This document shows, piece by piece, positions 1-9,038 of a DNA stretch of 64,000 nt (within the stretch, counting starts at the first letter, position 1; each line of letters starts with the position of its first letter). The stretch comes from a virus. The DNA lies in the IMG/VR virus record IMGVR_UViG_3300010413_000015, positions 1 to 64,000 of that record, one strand, 5' to 3'. A model generated the notes under the pieces. The model saw nothing but the letters and a program-made list of their open reading frames with translations. It was not told where the DNA came from and did no database searches. Made by a program: the position numbers and the translations under genes.

Positions 1-1
1 G

Positions 2-217
2 GGAAGCGAGAGCTCCGGGCGCAAGGAGTCGGATGACAAGCGCCTAATATTGTGGCAGCTCATCAGCTACCGTCATGGGGAAGATTTGCCGACGTTCATC
101 ACGTCAAACATTGGGCCCGATGGTTTGCGCCAGCGTTTTGAGACGCGCATTGTGGACCGCATCGAGGAGATGTCGTTTACCTCCAGGATTGCTGGTCAGA
201 ATCTGAGGGGATTGTGA
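2..217 (+). CDS. DnaC/IstB-like AAA+ helicase loader, C-terminal fragment (truncated by window start)
   Basis: Hand translation of frame 2: ...LWQLISYRHGEDLPTFITSNIG...RIVDRIEEM...AGQNLRGL*; PTxITSN, RxxDR and GxxxR are typical of IstB/DnaC C-termini. Confidence 0.8.
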   Translation, partial: GSESSGRKESDDKRLILWQLISYRHGEDLPTFITSNIGPDGLRQRFETRIVDRIEEMSFTSRIAGQNLRGL

Positions 218-537
218 GCAAGACGCTGAAGAACTTCAACCATTTGGAAGTGGGAAACCTCCAGGATGTCGCAGACCCGTGGGACCGGCTGTTTATTGCC
301 ATGGTTTACCGGTGTCTGCGCGACCTGGAGCCCAGGTACTATCGCGGGCAGGAAGAGTGGAACCTGATATCTATATGGCGAAAGGAGGCCATGGATTTCC
401 TTATGCTCCCTCACTGGGGCAACAAGCTCCGGCTGCGCCCCAGCACAATCAGGCGCATTCGGAAGTTGGCAAAGAAGAGGTATCGACAATGCTCCTACTA
501 CTTCCAGGAAACCCTACGGCTTTCTTACGACACATAG
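214..537 (+). CDS. hypothetical protein
   Basis: 107-aa ORF whose GTG overlaps the upstream stop (GTGA). Confidence 0.55.
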   Translation: MSKTLKNFNHLEVGNLQDVADPWDRLFIAMVYRCLRDLEPRYYRGQEEWNLISIWRKEAMDFLMLPHWGNKLRLRPSTIRRIRKLAKKRYRQCSYYFQETLRLSYDT

Positions 538-1124
538 GAACCTTGAGCCCGGACTACTATGGCCTACTCCTGACACCAAGGAGAACCGCCACAGTGTCCG
601 GGCTTCACGGTCTCAGATATGGGGTGGACAATGAATGCTTTACCAAGCGATTCGAGCCCGAGCGATTCCTTCGAGCGCTGGAACGAATCATTGACGTGCA
701 TGGCACGGGAGATTGCCTCTTTGTCGTTGCTCCCGATGTCGTGGGTAACGCCCAGCAGACCCTCAACTGCTTTGGAGACTGGTCTGAGAGGATTCGCGCT
801 CTCGGGTTTCCAGTTGCTCTTGCAGGACAGGATGGCATGGAGCATCTGGCTGTACCATGGGAACAAATGGATGCTCTCTTTGTGGGGGGCACAACTAAGT
901 GGAAGCTCGGGCCGCACGCGGCAAGACTTACCCTGGAAGCAAGGGAGAGAGGAAAGTGGACACACTACGGAAGAGTGAACAGCACGTACCGGGCGAGCCG
1001 GCTGAGGGCTCACCCAGACAGCGTCGATGGGACTGCATGGGCAAGGCATCCAGAGCGCTACATATTGCAATGGAGCCGCTGGGTCTCTGCTGGCAAGCCA
1101 TCGTTCGTTGGAAATTTGTTGTAA
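489..1124 (+). CDS. TGT/DpdA-like (7-deazaguanine transglycosylase-like) protein
   Basis: Motifs VDNECF, APDVVG, QDG, LFVGG..WK, HYGRVN, SVDGT resemble the phage TGT-fold family; adjacent to a VUT transporter; start placed at ATG 489. Confidence 0.6.
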   Translation: MLLLLPGNPTAFLRHIGTLSPDYYGLLLTPRRTATVSGLHGLRYGVDNECFTKRFEPERFLRALERIIDVHGTGDCLFVVAPDVVGNAQQTLNCFGDWSERIRALGFPVALAGQDGMEHLAVPWEQMDALFVGGTTKWKLGPHAARLTLEARERGKWTHYGRVNSTYRASRLRAHPDSVDGTAWARHPERYILQWSRWVSAGKPSFVGNLL

Positions 1125-1648
1125 TGTACCTCGCTGCCATCGTTGCGGCGAACCTGGGCCTTGCCTGGTTCACCACAGTGTTTGGCACAGAGCCCAAGAC
1201 CCTGGCCATTGCCACTACCTTTAACGCCTTCGCCTGGATTGGGCTGGACCTGACATCTAGGGACAATCTGCACGAGGCATGGCAAGGCAAGCACCTGTGG
1301 TGGAAAATGCTGGTGCTTGTGTACACAGGGTCACTGCTGTCCTATCTGCTAAACCAAGACGCAGGACTGATAGCGGTTGCATCCTTTGTCGCCTTTCTCT
1401 CAGCAGGGGCTACAGACACAGTGGTATACTCTGTAGCCCGGCACTTGGGCTATACAAGATGGGGCCGGGTGCAGGCCAGTAACGCATTCGCAGCGCTAGT
1501 GGACAGCCTTGTGTTTCCCTGGCTAGCCTTCGGGACCGTCAGCCCTGTCGTGGTCCTGCCCATGTTTCTCGCCAAGGTGCTAGGAGGGTGGGCATGGGCC
1601 CTGTTGCTTGTAAGAAGGGCCGGAACGCAAGAGGAAAACCACCCTTGA
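1124..1648 (+). CDS. VUT/YhhQ-family queuosine-precursor transporter
   Basis: Hydrophobic protein with YLAAIVAAN, GLDLTSRD.LHE, IAVASFVAF, D..VY, SN...A.VDS.VF..LAFG motifs; ATG overlaps the upstream TAA. Confidence 0.8.
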   Translation: MYLAAIVAANLGLAWFTTVFGTEPKTLAIATTFNAFAWIGLDLTSRDNLHEAWQGKHLWWKMLVLVYTGSLLSYLLNQDAGLIAVASFVAFLSAGATDTVVYSVARHLGYTRWGRVQASNAFAALVDSLVFPWLAFGTVSPVVVLPMFLAKVLGGWAWALLLVRRAGTQEENHP

Positions 1649-1673
1649 CATGCGTTCTGGTTTGTGGTAGAAT
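1645..1673 (+). promoter_or_regulatory. sigma70-type promoter
   Basis: TTGACA-N17-TAGAAT with TG extension; GGAGG RBS and ATG 1692 follow. Confidence 0.8.
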
Positions 1674-1691
1674 GAACCCATCGGAGGTAAC

Positions 1692-2603
1692 ATGAATCCA
1701 ATTGCACAGGCGCTCTACCTGTACGACCGCCACCTAGACCGTGGCGGGGAACCCGTGACCCTGGACAAGCATGGGCCAGACCGGGGGACCGAATGCTTGC
1801 ACCCAAGCTCTCTGCTGCTTTGCGCTCGCAAGGCAGCCTACGACTTCTGGGCAGACGGAGGAAAGCTCAAGGAAGACCTGCCACATCCCAAGGAGCTCCT
1901 GCTAGACTTTCGTGTAGGATATCTGTTTGAGTGGTTTGTGGCGGAGGCCCTTCACTTTGCCAATGCCCTTATTGACTACCAGCCCTCCTTGAAGGTGGGG
2001 GACTGGTGCGGTAGTCCAGACCTAATTGTAGATGCCAACGTCCTAACCGACCAGAAAGATTCACCATGGTTGGTTGACGTCAAGACCGTTCGGTCTGCAG
2101 ACAGCAGTTTCCTGGCCACTCGAAGCAAGTTCCCCAAGGACCACAACTGTGCTCAGGTGGAGAAGTATGCACGAATGTGGGAGGAGCTGTACGGCACCCG
2201 CCCAAGACCCGTGCTGTTCTACGTGTTGCGCGGGACCATGGCATCGGAGCTATTCACCTGGGACATGCACCCTGAGGGCGACCTGTTGCCCATGGCATGG
2301 GTAGAGAATGAGTGGTGGAGCGGGTGGGACAGCTTTTCCGTCGGAAAAGACCGGTGGAACGAGGGCTTTGACCAGCGCATGCTCGAGTATGAGGGACAGC
2401 TGGAGAAGTTCAAGCGTAGCCAGATTCTTCCCCGAAGGCCTTGGCCCACACCTGACACTCACAATTTTCTGTGTGTGAGTGTGAACAAGGACCGTAAGAG
2501 GAAGATGGCAACGCCAAGGTGCCAGTACTTTGCGCAGTGCTGGGGTGTGGATAGTTGCGAGCCGTTCCAAAGTGGAACGTGGGGAAAGGGTTGGTGGGAG
2601 TGA
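1692..2603 (+). CDS. PD-(D/E)XK / Cas4-like exonuclease
   Basis: HPSSLLLC, GSPDL, LVDVKT, Q...Y motifs and C-terminal C...CQYFAQC cysteines. Confidence 0.75.
   Translation: MNPIAQALYLYDRHLDRGGEPVTLDKHGPDRGTECLHPSSLLLCARKAAYDFWADGGKLKEDLPHPKELLLDFRVGYLFEWFVAEALHFANALIDYQPSLKVGDWCGSPDLIVDANVLTDQKDSPWLVDVKTVRSADSSFLATRSKFPKDHNCAQVEKYARMWEELYGTRPRPVLFYVLRGTMASELFTWDMHPEGDLLPMAWVENEWWSGWDSFSVGKDRWNEGFDQRMLEYEGQLEKFKRSQILPRRPWPTPDTHNFLCVSVNKDRKRKMATPRCQYFAQCWGVDSCEPFQSGTWGKGWWE
2335..2347. repeat. dispersed palindrome TTTCCGWCGGAAA, copy 1
   Basis: TTTCCGTCGGAAA inside the nuclease gene (FSVGK). Confidence 0.95.
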
Positions 2604-3013
2604 TGCAAGTAGAAGAGATGGTGGCTGAAGTCAATGCGTTGCGTGGGGAGATTGCCCAACGCAATGCCATGAACCCCTATGCCTACACGCAAATCACCCA
2701 TGCCCGAGACCGTAGGCGACTGGCTCTACTGTGGGCCACAATCGCACCCGTCTTTCCTAGTGGTGAGTCAGGTCGGCAAGAGCGCCTGGAAGTGTTTTCC
2801 CTTCTGTTGGGCCGAAAGTTAGACACCTTCGTGACCAAGGACGGGGACCCATGCAGGAGCAATGGCCTGACCAATGGTGAGCTGCAGGGCATCCTTAACT
2901 GGCTGAATGGAGGGCGATTTGAAGCACTAAAGGTGCTCTCCTCGCTGCGCGATGCGTCAGATGCGTGGAAGCGGTACATTCCAGAACCAAATGTTGTGGA
3001 GGTGACGTGGTGA
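2603..3013 (+). CDS. hypothetical protein
   Basis: ORF coupled to upstream stop. Confidence 0.6.
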   Translation: MQVEEMVAEVNALRGEIAQRNAMNPYAYTQITHARDRRRLALLWATIAPVFPSGESGRQERLEVFSLLLGRKLDTFVTKDGDPCRSNGLTNGELQGILNWLNGGRFEALKVLSSLRDASDAWKRYIPEPNVVEVTW

Positions 3014-3381
3014 AGAACAAGCATGACCATAAACTGAGCGAGCGGTTGTACCACATGGCCGAGGGGGCTGGAGACACTCAGGCCACACTGCTCCTGATGG
3101 GCGCCGGAAAGCTGATTGAAGTCAGGAAAGATACTGAGTCTTCCCTGGTGCAAAATGCCACCCAGCATCTAGGGGTACTTGCCACCTTTGCATGTGCTTC
3201 TAACCCCGATTTCGTCCATGAGGTTGGTTATGAGTCTGTCTCCCTGGCCTACATGCTGTTACAGATGGACCTGGACTTTCTTAGGGGCCTACTGGGGTGC
3301 ATAGACGGCCTGCTTCTCGTAGCTGCCCTTCAGGAGGAAATGGCCAAAAACAAAGAGGCTGACGAGGACAAGGAATCATGA
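3010..3381 (+). CDS. hypothetical protein
   Basis: GTGA overlap, GGAGG upstream. Confidence 0.6.
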   Translation: MKNKHDHKLSERLYHMAEGAGDTQATLLLMGAGKLIEVRKDTESSLVQNATQHLGVLATFACASNPDFVHEVGYESVSLAYMLLQMDLDFLRGLLGCIDGLLLVAALQEEMAKNKEADEDKES

Positions 3382-4151
3382 AAGAAGCCGCAGATGGAGC
3401 AATGTGGCTGGCGAGAACCTGCTCCTCATGCACGAAAGCGCTGTGGGGCTGGCCCGACTACCACGCGGGCGGCAAGAAGCAAATGGGCATCTGCCTGGGC
3501 ATGTGTGACGGCCTGCCGCCCCCTCGTCCGGCCGAGCCCTACCCGGTTCAGGTGACGGATGGAAAACTCTATGGCTACTTGTATCGCAGGGTGAAGCTAC
3601 CCAACAACCGGCTGTTCAGGACATTCTGGATAGGGACACACAAGACTCTCTATGACGTTGCCAAGGGTGGGGAGCTTCTTACAAAGGCACGATACATGGC
3701 CCAGCTCAGTCTAGACCTGGAGAAATCGTTCAAGTACACAGAGGAGGTCCTAAAAACTGCCTGGGAACACTCGCAGGCAGATTGGGACAAAGCCTGCCAC
3801 GAAAAGGCAGCCTGGGAAGAACGGGCAAGGGAGAAGGGATGGAGTGGCAGATTCCACTCCACCCTGCTTGAGGAATCGTCATCTGTCAAGGAGGTCCAGG
3901 AGAAGCGACTGGCAGAGTTAAACGACTTCCTTGAGAACATCGACGCCATCCGGCTTCGGGTGACAACTGAGGCCTCGGAGTTCTACGATGCCTTCAAGCT
4001 CAATTATGACTGGTGGCAGGAGAACTGGCCCAAGTGCCGGACCTGCCATAGGGTCACTACGTGCAATCTGTACGAAGAGGCCAGCCGGCGTGAGACAGTG
4101 GCAAGAAGTGTGGCCAAGGGCGGTCACAGTCTGCACAAGGACAAATCGTGA
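3378..4151 (+). CDS. hypothetical protein with Cys clusters and coiled coil
   Basis: 257 aa, CxxC at both ends, ATGA overlap. Confidence 0.65.
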   Translation: MKEAADGAMWLARTCSSCTKALWGWPDYHAGGKKQMGICLGMCDGLPPPRPAEPYPVQVTDGKLYGYLYRRVKLPNNRLFRTFWIGTHKTLYDVAKGGELLTKARYMAQLSLDLEKSFKYTEEVLKTAWEHSQADWDKACHEKAAWEERAREKGWSGRFHSTLLEESSSVKEVQEKRLAELNDFLENIDAIRLRVTTEASEFYDAFKLNYDWWQENWPKCRTCHRVTTCNLYEEASRRETVARSVAKGGHSLHKDKS

Positions 4152-4375
4152 TGAAGGTAATCAAAACAGAAGACCCAGAAACGTCAGGCATTAGCATCTG
4201 TGACAACTGCGGAGAACGAAAGCCAGGGCGTCCAGTAGAAGGCAAAGATACGTTTACCATGACGAGCCGGGGTTGGTGGTTCCTATGCTACGACTGCTTT
4301 GGGCCTCGTGTGTTTTGGCGTGCAAGCTGGAATAGCACCAAGGTCTATGAATCGCCTGCCAAACAATATGTCTGA
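4148..4375 (+). CDS. small zinc-finger protein
   Basis: CDNC...CYDC; overlap-coupled start. Confidence 0.55.
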   Translation: MMKVIKTEDPETSGISICDNCGERKPGRPVEGKDTFTMTSRGWWFLCYDCFGPRVFWRASWNSTKVYESPAKQYV

Positions 4376-4438
4376 TATCATAGGACAACGTAGACAAAGG
4401 TGGTTTTAGCTGAATGAGCATGCGGGAAAGGAGCCAGC

Positions 4439-5248
4439 ATGGGGAAAGAGACAAGGATTGAGTACTGCGATTCTACCATCAATCCAGTGGTAGGTTGTCC
4501 GGGCTGTGAGTTGTTCAGCGAGGATGCAGAGAAGAACCACTGCTACGCCGCAACTTTGGTGAGAAGGTGGGCAGGCTGGACCGGCTGGCCAGAGACGTTC
4601 CTCAAGCCTGCAATGTTTCCGGGCAGGTTGGAGAAGGCCATCGCATGGCCAGACCTCAGGGGCCAACCCCGCCCGGATAAGCCGTGGCTTGACGGGAGGA
4701 GGCGGGTCATCTTCGTCAATGACTTGGGGGACGGCTTTAGTCCAGCGTCTCCGCATCCGGATAAGTGGCTGTTGCCAGAGATGCTTGCTATGCGGGGTAC
4801 TCCCCACGTCTGGCTGTTCCTGAGTAAGTGGCCAGTCCACATGATGCGCTTCTTCGAAAAGTATCCAATGCCCCACAGGGCATGGCTTGGCACAACCATT
4901 ACCGGGCAGAACACGATAAACAGGGTATTTCCCTTGCTGATGGACATTACCTCACTCCCTAACCGGTGGTTGAGCATCGAGCCACTTCTTGGGCCAGTGA
5001 CCCTACCTAAGGAGGCCAAGGGCAAAATTGGGTGGGTCGCAGCAGGTGGAGAATCTGGACACAACGCAAGGCCCACCCATCCTGATTGGGCAAGGTCACT
5101 CCGTGACCAGTGCGCAGACATGGAGATCCCCTTCTTCTGGAAGCAATGGGGAGAATGGCACCCCACTGATGGAAAGGTGGGCCAGGCCCTGTCGGGCAAG
5201 GCCATAGATGGAAAAGAGCATACAGAAATGTTCAAGGAGGCAAAATGA
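4439..5248 (+). CDS. phage Gp37/Gp68 (DUF5131) family protein
   Basis: TRIEYCDSTINPVVGC..C....CYA, IFVNDLGD, WLSIEPLLGP, WVAAGGESG, FFWKQWG. Confidence 0.92.
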   Translation: MGKETRIEYCDSTINPVVGCPGCELFSEDAEKNHCYAATLVRRWAGWTGWPETFLKPAMFPGRLEKAIAWPDLRGQPRPDKPWLDGRRRVIFVNDLGDGFSPASPHPDKWLLPEMLAMRGTPHVWLFLSKWPVHMMRFFEKYPMPHRAWLGTTITGQNTINRVFPLLMDITSLPNRWLSIEPLLGPVTLPKEAKGKIGWVAAGGESGHNARPTHPDWARSLRDQCADMEIPFFWKQWGEWHPTDGKVGQALSGKAIDGKEHTEMFKEAK

Positions 5249-5709
5249 GAGAGTGGAGCAGGACAACCGCTGGGCGCATTGTGATTCTGCTGGCAATCCT
5301 GGCCGTGATTGCCCTGGCCTTTGCAGTAGGTGCAAAGGTTGCCCAGCCCTACCATGGGAAGTACGCTGACACCATCATCTATGAGGTTGGCGGAACTCTC
5401 AAGACCGCGAAGCTATTCTGTTATCAGTCTGATTGCAAGTGGCTGATAACCTTCACGGTCAGTGATGTCGTCGTGCTTAAAGAGGGCCTGGGGATTCTGA
5501 ACGAGCCGGTGGTTGGCGCAGACTACACCGTAGATATACGGGACTCCAAGATGAACAACTACGTGGTTACTGCGTACACCGCCGTCACTGAAACCCCCAA
5601 TGTCAAGACCTACGACTACAAAATCTTGAACAAGAATATCCGGGTGGTATTGGCGGAGACCGTCGATACCTCAAGTGGATTGCCGGAGGTTGTGGGGGCA
5701 GTCCGTTAG
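5245..5709 (+). CDS. membrane-anchored/secreted hypothetical protein
   Basis: N-terminal hydrophobic helix; ATGA overlap. Confidence 0.65.
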   Translation: MREWSRTTAGRIVILLAILAVIALAFAVGAKVAQPYHGKYADTIIYEVGGTLKTAKLFCYQSDCKWLITFTVSDVVVLKEGLGILNEPVVGADYTVDIRDSKMNNYVVTAYTAVTETPNVKTYDYKILNKNIRVVLAETVDTSSGLPEVVGAVR

Positions 5710-5722
5710 ACAGGGAGGCAAC

Positions 5723-6424
5723 ATGCTTATTACGGATGAGGTGCTAGGCAACTTTGCTGCATGTAACGAGGCCAGAACCAAGTTCAGGACACGGTACCCA
5801 CTCGGAATTGACATTGGGGACCTGTGGGGAGAGTGGGAAGTTGCCAGCAAACTGTGGAGGAAACTCCTTGAAGACACCTTCCTGCGTGCCTACATACACT
5901 GGGCTATGCAGGCCGGCCTTCTACCAATTAGAGTCCGAGCCAACCTGAATGGCCTCAGCATGGCCCACGCCGACCTTCGACGGGCCAATATGTCCGGATT
6001 AAACATGGATAAGGTTAACCTAATTGCCGCCGCTCTTGGAGGAACGCTTCTGCATGACTCAAGTCTGAGGAATGCAAAGCTCGTCTGGGCCCAACTGTCT
6101 TACGCGAGGCTTATGGCTGCCGACCTGAGTGGGGCTAGCCTGCATGGGGCCAGCCTGGTCCATGCCGACCTGAGTGGGGTCAGTTTGAAGGGGGCCAGCC
6201 TGGTCCATGCCGACCTAAGCCATGCCGAGCTGTACACGGCCAACCTGAGTGGGGCGGACCTGACCGAGGCCAGGCTGTACGGGGCCAACCTGAATTGGGC
6301 CAACCTGGAGGGGGCTAACCTGGAAGGGGCTAACCTGGTCGGTGCCAACCTGCAGGGGGCCAGGACAGAGGGGGCCAAACTGAAGGGTATCATCCTTACT
6401 GGAGCGCAATCTTATGGGAAATGA
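5723..6424 (+). CDS. pentapeptide repeat protein
   Basis: Many A(N/D)LxG repeats; GGAGG RBS before ATG 5723. Confidence 0.92.
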   Translation: MLITDEVLGNFAACNEARTKFRTRYPLGIDIGDLWGEWEVASKLWRKLLEDTFLRAYIHWAMQAGLLPIRVRANLNGLSMAHADLRRANMSGLNMDKVNLIAAALGGTLLHDSSLRNAKLVWAQLSYARLMAADLSGASLHGASLVHADLSGVSLKGASLVHADLSHAELYTANLSGADLTEARLYGANLNWANLEGANLEGANLVGANLQGARTEGAKLKGIILTGAQSYGK

Positions 6425-6577
6425 ACAAGCGGTTCTGGTCACTGAGACAGTTTGTTGGCTGGGCCTTGCGCTTGGCCAGGTCATATCCGCAGCGCTAGGG
6501 ATAAGTGTGTCACTGCCTGGCGTTCTAGTCCTCCTGGTGTGGGGGGGATTCCTTTACTACAGAAAGGAGCGAGTAAG

Positions 6578-6778
6578 ATGAGCAAGTCGTGTCGGTGCCC
6601 CATGTGCAACGGAAAGAAGCGCCTGAAGGTGAAGACCAGCAAGGGGACTCACTCGGTGACATGTGGCACCTGCGGGGGCACTGGCTGGCAGCCTAGCGAG
6701 ACACAGACTTCTGTAAGCCCTCGTGGAGATGACGCTCGACGCCGGCAGAAGAAGCCGACAGATGGGTACGGGAGCTAG
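6578..6778 (+). CDS. small DnaJ-type zinc-finger protein
   Basis: CPMCNG...CGTCGGTG; AAGGAG RBS. Confidence 0.6.
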   Translation: MSKSCRCPMCNGKKRLKVKTSKGTHSVTCGTCGGTGWQPSETQTSVSPRGDDARRRQKKPTDGYGS

Positions 6779-6779
6779 C

Positions 6780-7115
6780 ATGGACGAGCGAGAGCGTACC
6801 ATCCTTGACTACTTCTTCGTCGGGCTGGGCATCATCATGGCCTTAGCCATAGTCGGGCTGCTGGTATCGTGTGCCGCCAGTCAGGAGGAGGTGCTGTCTG
6901 ATATGGATGGGTCTGGACTTGAGGGCGTGGCATGCAAGACCCTGAACCTGGTAGACGAGGGGGGTTACATCACGAAAGTTCTGCGATGTGTAGACCCCGT
7001 TGCTGGGACCCTCATCTACCTGTGGAACGGGTACGAGAAGGGGGGCCTTGGGGTCCTCTCACTGACAACATCGCTCCGGTGGCCTGCCCGGGACAAACTC
7101 TTGGAGGGGAAATGA
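6780..7115 (+). CDS. putative membrane protein/lipoprotein
   Basis: Hydrophobic segment ending LLVSC. Confidence 0.55.
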   Translation: MDERERTILDYFFVGLGIIMALAIVGLLVSCAASQEEVLSDMDGSGLEGVACKTLNLVDEGGYITKVLRCVDPVAGTLIYLWNGYEKGGLGVLSLTTSLRWPARDKLLEGK

Positions 7116-7426
7116 ATACAGGCAAGGCAAATACGAACGATATCCGCATTATCCACTACTGGCCCGGGCGAGCCTGGAAGGGGCACTGCCCTATTCCGGC
7201 GAACCTCGTGCGCGAAGCCGACCGCATGGGCAGCGAGCGACTGACCGTTGCGGTGCGCTCTGTTGTATCTCCCGGTGGCTACATGACCCTGGAGGCCGGC
7301 GCGGCGTACTGCCGGCATGGCGAGCAGAAGCGCCTCAGCGTGGACTTCGGGCGCAAGCTGGCAACAGCCCGGCTGCTGCGGGATAGCGAAGAGGTGGCAC
7401 GTCTGCTGAAATCTCTGGAGGAATAA
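7112..7426 (+). CDS. hypothetical protein
   Basis: ATGA overlap, GGAGG RBS. Confidence 0.55.
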   Translation: MNTGKANTNDIRIIHYWPGRAWKGHCPIPANLVREADRMGSERLTVAVRSVVSPGGYMTLEAGAAYCRHGEQKRLSVDFGRKLATARLLRDSEEVARLLKSLEE

Positions 7427-7427
7427 C

Positions 7428-7673
7428 ATGCCATTAGATGTTCACCCGACTGAGGCAATAGACAAGCTGACCCACTTGTGCTACACAGGGCGGTCTGTTG
7501 TCGAGGCCCTGGTCAGTGCTCTTGACAATATAACACCTACCTTCTGGGAAGAGCTTCTTTCCGATGAGCTTGTGCATAGGGTGAAAGATTACCTCCACAG
7601 CGTGGGTTCCGAGCACTATGCCCTTGAAGGGTGGGGGGATGAGCCGCCAGAGCCGACAATCAACTTGGGCTGA
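7428..7673 (+). CDS. hypothetical protein
   Basis: GGAGG RBS, 81 aa. Confidence 0.55.
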   Translation: MPLDVHPTEAIDKLTHLCYTGRSVVEALVSALDNITPTFWEELLSDELVHRVKDYLHSVGSEHYALEGWGDEPPEPTINLG

Positions 7674-8016
7674 GAAGTACCGTACCAAACGAAAGCAGAA
7701 TAACCAGGGACAACGGTGTCCCGGTAAGTGTGGTAGGAAACCAACGCAATCACACCACCTATGGGCCCGGCGCCCAGACTGCCTGGAACTGCAGCACCCC
7801 ATCAACATTGTGCAGGCATGTCCTCAATGCCACATGGAGGAGGGGGAAGAGTTCCAGGTCCGGGCCGCGCTCATGAAGCTGTGGGAGTACAAGCCTGACG
7901 TAATAGAGACGTACATCCTGACACTGCCAGGCCGAGCCCAGCGAGGGCTTCCCTCCCACTACCTGCAGGCGTTGAAGCTGTACAATGAGCGAAAGCGGCC
8001 CTTTGAGGACTACTAG
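7639..8016 (+). CDS. HNH-like endonuclease
   Basis: CPGKC...SHHLW...NIVQACPQCH pattern. Confidence 0.6.
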   Translation: MSRQSRQSTWAEKYRTKRKQNNQGQRCPGKCGRKPTQSHHLWARRPDCLELQHPINIVQACPQCHMEEGEEFQVRAALMKLWEYKPDVIETYILTLPGRAQRGLPSHYLQALKLYNERKRPFEDY

Positions 8017-8025
8017 GAGGCAAGC

Positions 8026-8262
8026 ATGGGGCTCATCAAGAAACTGGCAGGGGAGTTCTTTATCAAGTCCTCAGGGGACTACGTGAGTGGCCTGCTTGCA
8101 ATCCTGGCAGGTGGCGAGGACTTGGCCCTTACCCCGGCGCAGGAACGAGAGCTGGAGAAGATGGGATACAAGGTGGATAAGTGGACCTCCATAGATGGGA
8201 GGGACGGCACCATTGTGTCCAAGGTATCCGCATCGTCATCAAACCGGGGCCTGTTCGGGTAG
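8026..8262 (+). CDS. hypothetical protein
   Basis: GGAGG RBS, 78 aa. Confidence 0.55.
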   Translation: MGLIKKLAGEFFIKSSGDYVSGLLAILAGGEDLALTPAQERELEKMGYKVDKWTSIDGRDGTIVSKVSASSSNRGLFG

Positions 8263-8267
8263 TACGA

Positions 8268-8346
8268 GGGGGAACGTGATAGGCGGACTCGCTGTGCCCA
8301 TGAGCACGACGAAAACATAATGGGTGGAAATCCCTACCCCCCACCA
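8268..8346 (+). ncRNA. non-canonical tRNA-like RNA, copy A1 (encoded CCA)
   Basis: GGGGG/CCCCC acceptor + ACCA end, CGTGATAGGCG D-like arm, 9-bp arm with 6-nt loop CCATGA, GGG-TGGAAAT-CCC T-like arm; paralog at 9039. Confidence 0.7.
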
Positions 8347-8349
8347 CAC

Positions 8350-8423
8350 AGGCCAGTAGCTCAATTTGGCAGAGCAACGGTCTCCAAAACCGTAGGTTGC
8401 GGGTTCAAGTCCTGCCTGGCCTG
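8350..8423 (+). tRNA. tRNA-Trp (CCA)
   Basis: AGGCCAG/CTGGCCT acceptor, TAGCTCAA..GG.AGAGC D arm, ACGGT-CTCCAAA-ACCGT anticodon arm, GGTTCAAGTCC T arm. Confidence 0.93.
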
Positions 8424-8460
8424 CTCTACAAATTTCAAACAGAAGCGGAGGGTACTTAGG

Positions 8461-9015
8461 ATGGGTTGTTTCGACGAGACCTGTGCGCTAACACGGGTAG
8501 CGATTCATTGGGGAGACCCGGTGGTTGTGGTCCGGTGGGCAGACCATACGAATCTCCTGAGGGGACAAACGTATACGCCACCACGGAGCACATACGAGCT
8601 TCTGAGGTTGCTGCACAAGGAGCCCAAAATACAAGACTGGGACCTTCCTCTGGAACAGCGGAGGATGGTGTTCTCGGAACGGGCACGAGAGGTACTTAGT
8701 CTGATAGCAGGGGAATACAATGACTACGGCTGGGTTGAAGGAGAGAAGCATCCAGATGTCGAGCGTATCCAGTGGTTCTTCGTGCACCAAGATGTGGTAG
8801 ACACCATTTGCGGCACCATGGGCATCGACACAAGTGGGGACCCGCTTGAAGTAATTCGGGCAATTGCTGACTTCGCCTTTGTTACCAGGACCCCTTTGTT
8901 CGTGCAAGACTGGCTGCTTGGCCAGCAGCACGGAAACCAGCACGAACGGAATGCACAACGCAACCTGATAAAGATAACGCTGTCCGTTCTCCAAGCCAAA
9001 GACGAAGAAGACTAA
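8461..9015 (+). CDS. hypothetical protein
   Basis: GGAGG RBS; begins MGCFDETCALT; 184 aa. Confidence 0.7.
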   Translation: MGCFDETCALTRVAIHWGDPVVVVRWADHTNLLRGQTYTPPRSTYELLRLLHKEPKIQDWDLPLEQRRMVFSERAREVLSLIAGEYNDYGWVEGEKHPDVERIQWFFVHQDVVDTICGTMGIDTSGDPLEVIRAIADFAFVTRTPLFVQDWLLGQQHGNQHERNAQRNLIKITLSVLQAKDEED

Positions 9016-9038
9016 AGTGTACACACATTGGGTAGGAA

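Noticed and set aside
899-1123. N-terminal extension of the VUT ORF (and the similar 279-488 extension of the TGT-like ORF)
   Set aside because: They overlap upstream genes; later ATG starts fit better
6116-6380. Direct repeats such as GCCAGCCTGGTCCATGCCGACCT
   Set aside because: Explained by pentapeptide-repeat coding
8320-8460. N-terminal extension of ORF 8320-9015
   Set aside because: It runs through the tRNA-like RNA and tRNA-Trp; the better start is ATG 8461 with an RBS
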